Shown here one piece after another: positions 21,953-31,538 of a stretch of DNA of 64,000 nt. The notes under the pieces were generated by a model. It was not told where the DNA came from. It ran no database searches and saw only the letters and a list, made by a program, of their open reading frames with translations. Position 1 is the stretch's first letter, and each line of letters starts with the position of its first letter. The translations under genes were made by a program, and so were the position numbers. The stretch spans positions 96,001 through 160,000 of the forward strand of contig CAVZVA010000003.1 of assembly GCA_963778655.1 (NCBI GenBank), read 5' to 3'. Source of the stretch: an uncultured delta proteobacterium (lineage in GTDB: Bacteria; Myxococcota_A; Polyangia; Polyangiales; JAFGIB01).

Positions 21953-24109
21953 ATGCGAGCTCGCAAGCCCGGCCAGCGCGTGCGCACCCCGACGCGGCTG
22001 CAGATGGAGGCGACCGAATGCGGGGCGGCCTCGCTCGCGATCGTCATGGAGCACTTCGGCAGCTACCTGCCGCTGGCCAAGCTGCGCCAGGAGTGCGGCG
22101 TGTCACGCGACGGCAGCAAGGCGAGCAACGTGCTGAAAGCGGCGCGTACCTACGGGTTCGACGCGCGGGGCTATCGCAAGGAACCCGACGAGCTCAGGGA
22201 GCTCGCGATGCCGGTGATCATCCACTGGAACTTCAATCACTTCTTGGTGCTCGACGGCTTCGGCAAGAACCGCGTGTATTTGAACGACCCGGCGAGCGGG
22301 CCCCGCACGGTGACCGAGGAGGAGCTCGAGCACGCCTTCACCGGCGTGGTGCTGGTGCTCACGCCGACTGAGAGCTTCGTGCCCCAGGGAAGGCGGCCGC
22401 GCCTGTTGCCCTCGCTGCTGCGGCGGCTCTCGGGCTCGAGGGCGGCGCTCGCGTATGTGGTGCTGTGCGGGCTCGGGCTGGTGTTGCCCGGGCTGCTGAT
22501 CCCGATCTTCGGCAAGGTCTTCGTCGACGACATCCTGATCAGCGGCAAGCAGGACTGGCTGCGCGGATTGCTGCTGGGGATGGCGCTCACGGCCGCGCTG
22601 CGTGCTCTGCTGACCGCGCTGCAGCGCGGCTACTTGATCAAGCTGGTGATGAAGCTCGGCGTGAGCATGTCGAGCGTGTTCATGTGGCACGCGCTGCGCC
22701 TACCCGTCGGCTTCTTCTTCGCGCGCTCGCCCGGCGATCTGGCCAGCCGGGTCCAGCTCAACGATTCGGTCGCGAGCGTGCTTTCCGGCCAGCTCTCGCG
22801 CGTGATCCTGGACCTCTCGCTGGTCACCTTCTACGCCGCGTTGATGCTGTACTACGATCCGTGGCTCACGCTGGTCGGCTTCGCCACCGCGGTCGCGCAT
22901 CTGGGTCTGCTCAAGCTCGCCGAACGCATGCGCGCCGATCTGAGCCAGCGCGCAGCGCAGGAAGGCGGAAAGCTCGCGGGCGTGGCGGCCTCCGGCTTGC
23001 AGATGATCGAGACGCTCAAAGCGACCGGCTCCGAGTCCGACTTCTTCGGCCAATGGGCCGGCCATCAGGCCAAGCTGGTCGATGCACAGCAGTCGCTGCT
23101 GCGGCGCGAGCAATGGATTCAAGTCGCGGTCGGAGCGCTCTCGCGCGCCAATTCCCTGCTGGTGCTGGGGTTGGGCGCGCTACGCGTGATCGACGGACAC
23201 CTGAGCGTGGGCGGCCTGGTCGCGTTCCAGAGCCTGATGGTGAGCTTCGTGACGCCGATCGAGGGACTGGCGCAGTTCGGGGCCTCGCTGCAGCAGCTGC
23301 GCGGCAACGTGGAGAGGCTGGACGACGTGCTCGGCCAGGCGCAGGACACGACCGTCTCCGCGGTCGACGGCGACGACTCACGCCGGCGCCTGACCGGCGA
23401 GCTCGAGCTGCGGGGGGTGACCTTCGGCTACCTGCCGTTCACGCCGCCGCTCGTCGACGACCTCGCGCTCCACATCGCGCCGGGGCAGCGCGTGGCGCTG
23501 GTGGGCGGTACCGGGAGCGGCAAGTCCACGATCGCCAAGCTGGTGACGGGACTGTACGCGCCCTGGTCCGGCAGCATTCTGTTCGACGGCGAGCAGCGCG
23601 ACACGCTGCCGCGCTCGGCGCTGGCGGCCTCGGTCGCCTTGGTCGACCAAGACATCACGCTGTTCGAAGGTACCGTGCGCGAAAACCTCGTGCTGTGGGA
23701 CGACACCATTCCGGAAACCGACGTGGTGCAGGCAGCCAAAGACGCCTGCATCCACGAGGACATCAGCAAGCTGCCGGGAGGCTACGACGCACGCGTCACC
23801 GAAGGCGGGTACAACTTCAGCGGCGGCCAGCGCCAGCGGCTCGAGATCGCGCGCGCGCTGGTGCGTCAGCCCGCATTGCTGGTGCTCGACGAAGCCACCA
23901 GTGCCCTCGATGCCGAGACCGAGCGGCGGGTGGACGAGAACCTGCGCCTTCGCGGTTGCAGCTGCTTGATCGTGGCCCACCGCCTGAGCACCATTCGCGA
24001 CAGCGATGAGATCATCGTGCTCGACAGCGGACGCGTGGTGCAGCGGGGCTCTCACGAGCAGCTGCTCGCCGAAGGCGGGCAGTACAAAGAGCTGATCACC
24101 TCGGCCTGA
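21953..24109 (+). CDS. NHLP export ABC transporter, C39 peptidase/permease/ATPase (PCAT)
   Basis: LQMEATECGAASL (catalytic Cys), HWNFNHFLV (His), NDPA (Asp); Walker A GGTGSGKST, FSGGQRQR, LDEATSALD. Confidence 0.97.
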   Translation: MRARKPGQRVRTPTRLQMEATECGAASLAIVMEHFGSYLPLAKLRQECGVSRDGSKASNVLKAARTYGFDARGYRKEPDELRELAMPVIIHWNFNHFLVLDGFGKNRVYLNDPASGPRTVTEEELEHAFTGVVLVLTPTESFVPQGRRPRLLPSLLRRLSGSRAALAYVVLCGLGLVLPGLLIPIFGKVFVDDILISGKQDWLRGLLLGMALTAALRALLTALQRGYLIKLVMKLGVSMSSVFMWHALRLPVGFFFARSPGDLASRVQLNDSVASVLSGQLSRVILDLSLVTFYAALMLYYDPWLTLVGFATAVAHLGLLKLAERMRADLSQRAAQEGGKLAGVAASGLQMIETLKATGSESDFFGQWAGHQAKLVDAQQSLLRREQWIQVAVGALSRANSLLVLGLGALRVIDGHLSVGGLVAFQSLMVSFVTPIEGLAQFGASLQQLRGNVERLDDVLGQAQDTTVSAVDGDDSRRRLTGELELRGVTFGYLPFTPPLVDDLALHIAPGQRVALVGGTGSGKSTIAKLVTGLYAPWSGSILFDGEQRDTLPRSALAASVALVDQDITLFEGTVRENLVLWDDTIPETDVVQAAKDACIHEDISKLPGGYDARVTEGGYNFSGGQRQRLEIARALVRQPALLVLDEATSALDAETERRVDENLRLRGCSCLIVAHRLSTIRDSDEIIVLDSGRVVQRGSHEQLLAEGGQYKELITSA

Positions 24110-24113
24110 GCGC

Positions 24114-27032
24114 ATGAGCGGCTATGAGCACATCGCGTGGCTGAAGCAGCGCCTAGGCCCGTACATCACCGAAATCCCGGTCCAGGGAGACCAACCGCTG
24201 CTGCTCGACGACCCGAGCTGCGCCTACGTGACGCTGTCCGAGCATCACCAGTTGTTCTGCGTCGGCTATCGCGACGGCAAGGCACAAGGGCGGCGCGAGC
24301 ACCTGGCCCGTTGCCAACCCGGCCAAGTGGTGTTCGGTCTCGAGCCGCAAGTCCAGGGCGAGGCCACGGTGCTGCTGCTGTCCGGCGTCACCGGCAGCAT
24401 GGTCTGGCGCGTGCCCACGGCGGCGCTGATCGCGCAGAAAGATCAGCGCGACGGCCGCCCGGTGATCGCCGACCTGTTCGAGCGCTGGATCGAGCTGCTG
24501 ATCGCCACGCTGCCGCAGGTGCCGGTGCCCACCTGCAGCCAGGCCGTACGCGCCGGCGAGCTGATCGACGCCGAGCCGGAGCGGGCGCTGCGGGTCGAGG
24601 GCGCGGGCCTGCTGTGGGTCGCGCCGCGTGACGCGCTGGCGTATCGCGGCGTCGCGCCCTCTGCCGTGGGCGTGCCGGTGAGCTGCTGGCCGCTGACCGC
24701 CTCGGCCTGGGCGCTGTGCGCGCGCGAGCGCTTCAAGGTCTGGACCACCGAGGAGCTGCTCGCCTCCGGCAGCGGTACGCGTTTCGCGGACAGCTTCTAC
24801 GCGTTCCTGGTCGCGGTCGCGAGCCAGAAGCGCGCCACGCTCGCAGCCGAACGCCTGCACCGCGACGCGGCGTCTGCGGCGGCCGAGCGCGTGCAGCTGG
24901 GCGAGTCGCTGGCCGAGCTGGCAGCCGTCGGCAGCGGCCTTCGCCTCGAGGGCGAACGCCTGTCGGGCGACGCATTCGCGCGCGCCTGCCGGCGCATCTT
25001 TGCGTGGCTGAAGCTGGCGTCGCCGCCGCGCCTGGTCGAGCCGCGCGGCCCCGGCCTCTCGCACATGCAGGCCGCGCTCAGCCGCATGACCGGAGTGCGC
25101 ACGCGCGCCGTGCTGCTCGATGGGGCGTTCTGGAAGGACGACGCCGGACCGCTGCTCGGCTTTCTGATCGAGCGCGACGAGGTTCACCATCCAGTCGCGC
25201 TGCTGCCGGGCAGGGGCGGCTACGAGCTGTACGATCCGCGCGACGGCAGCGTGCGGGCGCTCGACCCGGCGTTGAGCCAGCAGCTCCACCCGCAGGCCTA
25301 CCAGTTCTACCGGACGCTGCCCCGCAGCCCGCTGGGGCCGTGGCAGGTGCTGCGCTTCTCGGCGGCGCGGGTGGGGCGCGACCTGGCGGTGGTCGGATTG
25401 ATCGGGCTGACCAGCGGGCTACTCGGCACGCTGGTGCCGCTGCTCACCGGGCAGGTCTTCGACCGCATCATCCCCGGGGCCGAACGCGGCTTGCTGATGC
25501 AGCTCACGCTGGTGTTGCTGGGAATCTACGCCGGCTCTTTCCTGTTCGATGTGGCGCGCGGGCTGGCGCTGGTACGGGTGCAGACGCGCATGGACGCCAC
25601 CCTCGAGGCGGCGATCTGGGATCGCTTGCTCAGCCTGCCGCTGCCGTTCTTTCGCGATTACTCGGCGGGCGACCTGGCCTCGCGTGCGATGGGCATCGGG
25701 GCGATTCGCGCGGTGCTGGCCGACGTCGTGCTCTCGAGCATGCTCGCGGGCATCTTCTCGATTTGGAACTTCGCGCTGCTGTTCTACTTCGATCTCCGGC
25801 TAGCGCTGGCGGCATCGGCGCTGGTGCTGGTGGCAACCGCAGTAGCAGGCACGGCGTCGTACTACGAGCTCGGACAGCGGCGGCGCGTCTCGGAGCTCGA
25901 CGGACGCATCAGCGGGCTCTTGCTGCAACTGTTCAACGGCATCGCCAAGCTGCGCATCTCGGCCAGCGAGAATCGCGCCTTCGGCGTGTGGGCGCAGCTC
26001 TTCTCGCGGCGTAGAGACGCGGACCTCGGCCGCGAGCGCATCGGCATCCGCGTGTCGGTATTCCAGGCCGCGTTTCCGCTGGCGTGCACCATGCTGCTCT
26101 ACTTTCTGGTAGCCGGCGGCGGCGCGCAGACGCTCAGCACCGGCCAGTTCCTGGCGTTCAACGCGGCCTTTTCCACGTTTCTGCGCGCGGTGCTCGACAT
26201 GGTTGGGGCCGGACTGCAGGCTCTGAGCGTGATCCCGCTCTACGAGCGCGCCAAGCCCATTCTCACCAGCCCCTTGGAGAGCCAGGGGCAAAGCGACGTG
26301 CGCGTCGACATCAAGGGTGCGCTCGAGGTGAGCCATGTGTCGTTCCGCTATGCCAAGGACGCGCCGCTGGTGCTCGACGACGTGACGCTGCGCATCGAGC
26401 CCGGCGAATTCGTCGCGATCGTCGGCCCTTCCGGCTCCGGCAAGTCGACGCTGCTGCGGGTCCTGCTCGGATTCGAAGCGCCGCCGGAAGGCGGAGTGTA
26501 CTACGACGGTCAAGCGCTGTCGGGCTTGGACGTGCGTGCCGTGCGCCAGCAGATCGGCGTGGTCTTGCAACACAGCCAGCTCACCGCGGGGGACATCTAC
26601 AGCAACATCGTCAGCAACAGCGGATTGAGCCTCGACGAGGCCTGGCGGGCGGCGCGCCAGGCCGCCTTCGACAAGGACATCGAGGCGATGCCGATGGGGA
26701 TGCACACCGTGATCTCGGCCGGCGGCGGCACGCTATCGGGGGGCCAGCGCCAGCGGCTGATGATCGCGCGCGCGCTGGCCATGCAGCCCAAGATCCTGTT
26801 CTTCGACGAGGCCACCAGCGCGCTCGACAACCGCACGCAGGCCGTGGTCAGCGACAGCCTCGATGGCTTGCGCGTGACGCGGGTCGTGATCGCGCACCGC
26901 CTGAGCACGATCCGCAACGCGGACAGGATCGTGGTGCTCGAACGGGGACGCGTGGTGCAGATGGGACGCTTCGAGGCGCTGCTGGCGGAGGGGGGCGCGT
27001 TCGGCACGCTCGCCCGCCGGCAGATGATCTGA
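24114..27032 (+). CDS. NHLP export ABC transporter permease/ATPase subunit (no catalytic C39 motif)
   Basis: FWKDDAGPLL, AYQFYR, GPSGSGKST, LSGGQRQR and FDEATSALD. Confidence 0.95.
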   Translation: MSGYEHIAWLKQRLGPYITEIPVQGDQPLLLDDPSCAYVTLSEHHQLFCVGYRDGKAQGRREHLARCQPGQVVFGLEPQVQGEATVLLLSGVTGSMVWRVPTAALIAQKDQRDGRPVIADLFERWIELLIATLPQVPVPTCSQAVRAGELIDAEPERALRVEGAGLLWVAPRDALAYRGVAPSAVGVPVSCWPLTASAWALCARERFKVWTTEELLASGSGTRFADSFYAFLVAVASQKRATLAAERLHRDAASAAAERVQLGESLAELAAVGSGLRLEGERLSGDAFARACRRIFAWLKLASPPRLVEPRGPGLSHMQAALSRMTGVRTRAVLLDGAFWKDDAGPLLGFLIERDEVHHPVALLPGRGGYELYDPRDGSVRALDPALSQQLHPQAYQFYRTLPRSPLGPWQVLRFSAARVGRDLAVVGLIGLTSGLLGTLVPLLTGQVFDRIIPGAERGLLMQLTLVLLGIYAGSFLFDVARGLALVRVQTRMDATLEAAIWDRLLSLPLPFFRDYSAGDLASRAMGIGAIRAVLADVVLSSMLAGIFSIWNFALLFYFDLRLALAASALVLVATAVAGTASYYELGQRRRVSELDGRISGLLLQLFNGIAKLRISASENRAFGVWAQLFSRRRDADLGRERIGIRVSVFQAAFPLACTMLLYFLVAGGGAQTLSTGQFLAFNAAFSTFLRAVLDMVGAGLQALSVIPLYERAKPILTSPLESQGQSDVRVDIKGALEVSHVSFRYAKDAPLVLDDVTLRIEPGEFVAIVGPSGSGKSTLLRVLLGFEAPPEGGVYYDGQALSGLDVRAVRQQIGVVLQHSQLTAGDIYSNIVSNSGLSLDEAWRAARQAAFDKDIEAMPMGMHTVISAGGGTLSGGQRQRLMIARALAMQPKILFFDEATSALDNRTQAVVSDSLDGLRVTRVVIAHRLSTIRNADRIVVLERGRVVQMGRFEALLAEGGAFGTLARRQMI

Positions 27033-27043
27033 GAGGGAGCGGT

Positions 27044-27550
27044 ATGCGCAAGGTACTCTTCATCTTCGGGCAGCTCAAAGACAGCGACGTCAACTGGCTG
27101 GCCAAGGCCGGCCGCAGACAGCGGGTGGAGGCCGGGGCCACGCTGATCCGCGAGGGCGTCGAGGTCGACACCTTGTACATCGTGCTCAACGGAGAGCTGC
27201 TGGTGACCCAGGGCGAGGAGCGGCGGCAGGTGGCGCGTCTGGGCGCGGGCGAGGTCGTCGGCGAGATGTCGTTCATCGATGCCCGCCCGCCGAGCGCGAC
27301 CGTGACCGCCGCGACCCAGGCGGTCGTCTACGCCGTGCCCAAAGCGCGGCTCGAGCAAGAGCTCGTGGCCAACTCGGCGTTCGCCGCTCGCTTCTACCGA
27401 GCGCTCGCGATCCTCCTGTCCGACCGCGTTCGCAAGGCGCTCGGCTCGCAGGAGGGCGACCCGGACGAGCTCGACGCCAACGTGCTCGACAACGTCGACC
27501 GCGCCGGTGCGCGATTCGATGCGCTCGGGCGCCAGCTGCTCGACGGATGA
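27044..27550 (+). CDS. Cyclic-nucleotide-binding protein of NHLP transport cassettes
   Basis: MRKVLFIFGQLKDSDVNWL, GEVVGEMSFIDARPPSATV and FAARFYRALA; GGGAG RBS. Confidence 0.92.
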   Translation: MRKVLFIFGQLKDSDVNWLAKAGRRQRVEAGATLIREGVEVDTLYIVLNGELLVTQGEERRQVARLGAGEVVGEMSFIDARPPSATVTAATQAVVYAVPKARLEQELVANSAFAARFYRALAILLSDRVRKALGSQEGDPDELDANVLDNVDRAGARFDALGRQLLDG

Positions 27551-27554
27551 GGCG

Positions 27555-29834
27555 ATGGTGAGACGCGCAGCAGCGTTGGACCGTGAGCAACGTGCCGGGC
27601 GCCGCGCCGCCGCGCTGAGGCGGGCAGCATGGCTCGGCGGTCTCGCGATCTGCGGCTGCGCGCACCCGGTGCCGGTTACGATGGTGACGCCCATGACGCA
27701 AACCCCGAAAGCACATGCTGCCGGCTCCCAGCAGCCGCAGGCAGCGCCCGCATGGCCCCCGACGCCGCGGCGGGACGTGGTCGAAACCATTCACGGCATC
27801 GAGGTCCACGACCCGTATCGCTGGCTCGAGCAGGCACAGAGCCCCGAGGTGGTGGCTTGGACAAAGGCGCAGGATCGCCTCGCGCGCGAGCAGCTCGCGC
27901 GCTTGCCCGGGCGCGAAGCGCTGCAGCGGCGGCTCACGCAGCTCAGCCGGGTGGAATCGATGACGCTGCCGCTGCGGCGCGGGTCGCGCGAGTTCTTCGC
28001 GCGCCAGCACGCCGACAAAGAAAAGCCGGTCTACTATGTGCACGACTTGGCCAGCGGGGCGACCCGGGTGCTGCTCGACCCCAATACCATGAGCGCGGAC
28101 GGCAGCACCTCGGTTCAGACGATCAGCTATTCGTACGACGGGCGCGTGGCGGCGTATCGGTCGAGCCGCAACAATAGCGACGAAACGGTGCTGCACCTGA
28201 TGGCGGTGGATACGGGCCAGGTGTCGGAGCTCGACACCATTCCGGGCGTCCGCTACTCGGACCCGTCCTTCACGCCGAACGGCGATGCGTTCTATTACAC
28301 GCGCCTGCCCACCGACCCGGGGCTCAAGCCGGCCGAGCGCAGCGCACGCGCGGCGATCTACCGCCACCGCGTCGGCACGCGCTATCAGGACGACGAGCTG
28401 GTCTTCGCCAACAAGGGCGACCCGGGTGCGCTGCTCGGAGCCGACCTCTCGCGCGATGGGCGCTTCCTGTTCGTGTACGTGGTGCACGGCTGGAACAGCA
28501 CCGACGTCTACGTGCGCGATTTCCGCAACGAGCAGAAGCTGCGGCCCCTGGTCGTCGGCGTGCCGGCGCGCTTCTACTTCTCGGCCTTCAAGGGCTCGAT
28601 CTTCGTGCGCACGAACTACGGCGCCGAGCGCTGGCGGCTGTTGCGCTGCGACCACCCGAAAGCGATGGGGCGCGGGGCGCACCCACTCGATGGCTTCCGA
28701 GAAATTGTGCCCGAAGACCGGGAGGCAGTGCTCGACGGCTACGCCGTGGTCGGGGGCCAGCTCTGCCTACACTACGAGCGGCGCGCCTCGACCCTGATCA
28801 AGCTTGCTGCCCTCGACGGCACGAACGTGCGCAACATCGAGCTTCCGGGCCTCGGCTCCGCCGAGGGGCTCAGCGGCAATCCCGACGATGACACGGCGTT
28901 CTTCTCGTTCGAGTCGTTCCTGCAGCCGCCGACCATCTACAAGACGTCGGTGAGCCGGGGCGGAAGGGAGACCTACTTCACGATGCAGGTGCCCGCAGAC
29001 GCCACGCCCTACCCCGTCGATCAGGTCGCCTTTGCCTCCAAGGATGGAACGCAGCTGTCGATGTTCGTGATCACGAACGAGCGACGCAACAGAGACGGCA
29101 GCACGCCGTTCTTGCTGCTCGGCTACGGCGGCTTCAACGTCAGCGTCGTGCCACGCTTCGACAGCGCGTACTTCGCCTGGCTCGAAGCCGGCGGCGGCCT
29201 GGCGATAGCGAACCTGCGCGGCGGCGGCGAGCACGGCGAGGCGTGGCACAAGGCCGGCATGCTCACGCACAAGCAAAACGTGTTCGACGACTTCATCGCA
29301 GCGGCGGAGTATCTGATCGCGCAGGGCTATACCAGCGCCGCCAAGCTGGCGATCCGCGGCGGCTCCAACGGCGGGCTGCTGGTCGGCGCGGCGATGACGC
29401 AGCGTCCCGAGCTGTTCGCCGCGGTCGTCTGCCGCGTGCCGCTGCTCGACATGGTCCGCTATGCGCTCTTCGGCAGCGCGCGGGGTTGGACCCCCGAGCT
29501 CGGCTCGCCGGAGGATCCCGAGCAGTTCCGGGCGCTCTACGCGTATTCGCCCTACCACCGGGTACGCGACGGGGTGCGCTACCCCGCCTTGCTGGTAATG
29601 AGCGCCGACAGCGACGACCGCGTGGATCCGATGCATGCGCGCAAATTCGTCGCGGCAGTTCAGCACGCGACTGCCAGCGGCAAGCCGGTGTGGCTGCGGG
29701 TGGAGGTGCGCGCCGGCCACGCCGGCGCCGACATGGTGGCCAGCAAGATCGCGGCCGAAGCCGACGAGTATGCGTTCATGTTGGCGCAGCTCGGCGCCGG
29801 CGCCGATCGTCAGCCTTCGGAACCGGCGAGGTAG
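27555..29834 (+). CDS. Prolyl oligopeptidase (S9A), probably an exported lipoprotein
   Basis: HDPYRWLE, GYGGF, NLRGGGE, GGSNGG (Ser), DDRV (Asp), AGH (His); LAICGC lipobox-like signal. Exact start is uncertain. Confidence 0.93.
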   Translation: MVRRAAALDREQRAGRRAAALRRAAWLGGLAICGCAHPVPVTMVTPMTQTPKAHAAGSQQPQAAPAWPPTPRRDVVETIHGIEVHDPYRWLEQAQSPEVVAWTKAQDRLAREQLARLPGREALQRRLTQLSRVESMTLPLRRGSREFFARQHADKEKPVYYVHDLASGATRVLLDPNTMSADGSTSVQTISYSYDGRVAAYRSSRNNSDETVLHLMAVDTGQVSELDTIPGVRYSDPSFTPNGDAFYYTRLPTDPGLKPAERSARAAIYRHRVGTRYQDDELVFANKGDPGALLGADLSRDGRFLFVYVVHGWNSTDVYVRDFRNEQKLRPLVVGVPARFYFSAFKGSIFVRTNYGAERWRLLRCDHPKAMGRGAHPLDGFREIVPEDREAVLDGYAVVGGQLCLHYERRASTLIKLAALDGTNVRNIELPGLGSAEGLSGNPDDDTAFFSFESFLQPPTIYKTSVSRGGRETYFTMQVPADATPYPVDQVAFASKDGTQLSMFVITNERRNRDGSTPFLLLGYGGFNVSVVPRFDSAYFAWLEAGGGLAIANLRGGGEHGEAWHKAGMLTHKQNVFDDFIAAAEYLIAQGYTSAAKLAIRGGSNGGLLVGAAMTQRPELFAAVVCRVPLLDMVRYALFGSARGWTPELGSPEDPEQFRALYAYSPYHRVRDGVRYPALLVMSADSDDRVDPMHARKFVAAVQHATASGKPVWLRVEVRAGHAGADMVASKIAAEADEYAFMLAQLGAGADRQPSEPAR

Positions 29835-30790
29835 TCGTCGAGCGAGAGCTGCGGGAAGTAGCGCTGCATGATCTCGTCCGGCGGCCCCGCGAACAGCGCC
29901 TCGAGCGAGTCGCGGCCGAGGCCACGCAGCAAGGAAGCGCGGGACTCGGCTCGGAGTTGGTGCGCGGCCCGCGCATCGAGCTCTTCGGGTCGCACCCCGG
30001 CGAAGCGCGCGATCGCGTCCAGGCTGTGCGAGATCTCGTGCGTGCGGACCACGAGCAGACGCGCCTGTGGAACCGCGGCGAGCACGTTGCGATTGCCCTC
30101 ACGGTAGTAGGCGAGAAAGCCCCCCAGGCACTCGGCAAGTAGCGGGCGGAGGCGTTCCCGACTGGATGCATCGCGGTACGGAAGGTCGAACGGCAGCCCG
30201 AGCTGCTCGCGTCCCCAGCCCACGAACGCCCCCCCGCGCGGCCCGGCGTCGAGCAGGTAGCGGGCCAACGAGTCCAGCCAAGAGAAGCAGTCTCGCAGCG
30301 TGAGCACGAAGCGCGCGTTCGGGAGCTCCTCGACCAGCAAGTCCACGTAGGCGTGATGAAATCCCGCCGAGTCCAGCTCGAGCGCCGCGCGGATGTCCCG
30401 CAGGCGCACGAAGTCGCGCAAGGCGGCCTCGGTGGCCGAGCCACCCGCGCGCGCCGCGAGGAAACCGTAGGTCTCGTGAGCCATGACCTCGTGTCCCGAG
30501 CGAAAGGCGCCGAAGATGGCCGCGAGCGAGGTGGTCCCGGTCTTGGGCAGCCCGACGCCGTAGACGCGAAAGCGCCGGGACGTGTTGGCAGCGCGTAGCT
30601 CGGCGTAGGCGGCCGCGCTCGTCGCCAGGCACGAGGCCACGCGCTGGAGTGCAGCAGAATCCTCCATGGTTTCCACCCGTTCTGCCTCGAGATCGAAAAG
30701 CAGCAAAGGCGAAATTTCGGCCCGCGCTGCAAGCGCTTCGAGTGTCAGCCCTCGCCGCACGCGCCAGGTCTTGATCAGGCTTCCGAGCAT
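29810..30790 (-). CDS. XRE-type HTH fused to a sulfotransferase domain
   Basis: IKTWRVRRGLTLEALAARAEIS (HTH); VYGVGLPKTGTTSL (5'-PSB loop) and FVLTLRDCFSWLDSL (3'-PB motif). Confidence 0.8.
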   Translation of the reverse strand: MLGSLIKTWRVRRGLTLEALAARAEISPLLLFDLEAERVETMEDSAALQRVASCLATSAAAYAELRAANTSRRFRVYGVGLPKTGTTSLAAIFGAFRSGHEVMAHETYGFLAARAGGSATEAALRDFVRLRDIRAALELDSAGFHHAYVDLLVEELPNARFVLTLRDCFSWLDSLARYLLDAGPRGGAFVGWGREQLGLPFDLPYRDASSRERLRPLLAECLGGFLAYYREGNRNVLAAVPQARLLVVRTHEISHSLDAIARFAGVRPEELDARAAHQLRAESRASLLRGLGRDSLEALFAGPPDEIMQRYFPQLSLDDYLAGSEG

Positions 30791-30896
30791 CGCAGCATCC
30801 GCCGGGGCCAAGCGGCGCGTTCACCGTGCTGACACACACCTGCTGTGGGCCAGCTCATGGACAAGCTTTTTCCGCTCTTTTGTCGTCGGCCGGCAC

Positions 30897-30973
30897 TTGA
30901 CACCACCAAGGGCCTCCGTGGGACAACCGTCGTCCGCTCCGATACCCACCCATTTCGTTCGCGTTCTTGGAGG
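30897..30973 (+). promoter_or_regulatory. Possible promoter (-35 TTGACA) and strong RBS for the Nif11 precursor
   Basis: TTGACA at 30897-30902 with only a weak -10; GGAGG at 30969-30973, 7 nt before the ATG. Confidence 0.35.
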
Positions 30974-30980
30974 ATGAAAC

Positions 30981-31427
30981 ATGGCAGATAGTCCAGTCGC
31001 TAAGTTCTTTGCCGAAGTGTACAAGGATCGCGCGCTTCAGGGCGCGCTGCACCACGCGCTGGTGAGCACCGCTCCCGAGGTGGTGGTCGAGATCGCCAAG
31101 AAGAAGGGCTTCCAGTTCTCCAGCAAAGAGCTGGCGGCGGCGATGGAAGGCGGGAAGAAGGGGGAGCTATCCGAGGAAGCGCTCTCGGGCGCCGTCGGCG
31201 GCGCGGTGCTCAGCGCCACCAAGCTGAGCTCGATCTCGCTGTCGAGAAATTTCTGGGGAAGCTTGTTCAAGGGCTCTGCCGCATCGGGCTTCGAGCTCAC
31301 CATCCCTGGCCCTTCGTTCGTGCTGGTCCAGTCGCCAGCGGACCGCGACACGCCAGCCCTACAGGAAGAGAGCGCGGACGCCTCGGCTTCGGCGGTCGAC
31401 ATCTACCGCGAGCTGAGCGCAAAGTAG
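30981..31427 (+). CDS. Nif11-like leader RiPP precursor (P3), 148 aa
   Basis: FFAEVYKDRALQ...EVVVEIAKKKGFQFSSKEL...GELSEEALSGAVGG leader (74 aa) followed by a 74-aa core (31203-31424). Confidence 0.92.
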   Translation: MADSPVAKFFAEVYKDRALQGALHHALVSTAPEVVVEIAKKKGFQFSSKELAAAMEGGKKGELSEEALSGAVGGAVLSATKLSSISLSRNFWGSLFKGSAASGFELTIPGPSFVLVQSPADRDTPALQEESADASASAVDIYRELSAK

Positions 31428-31538
31428 GCGTTCTTCGCCCGGGCGGCCGGGCCGGCGCGTGCCGGCTCGGCCGTCGGCTGCTCCTCCGTCCGCTTTGCGG
31501 GCGGCTACACGCGACGCGTCGAGGCGAGGGTTGAGTCG

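Noticed and set aside
31203..31424. Lanthipeptide, sactipeptide or thiazole-type product
   Set aside because: None of the three cores contains Cys, and no Lan or YcaO enzyme is encoded in the window.
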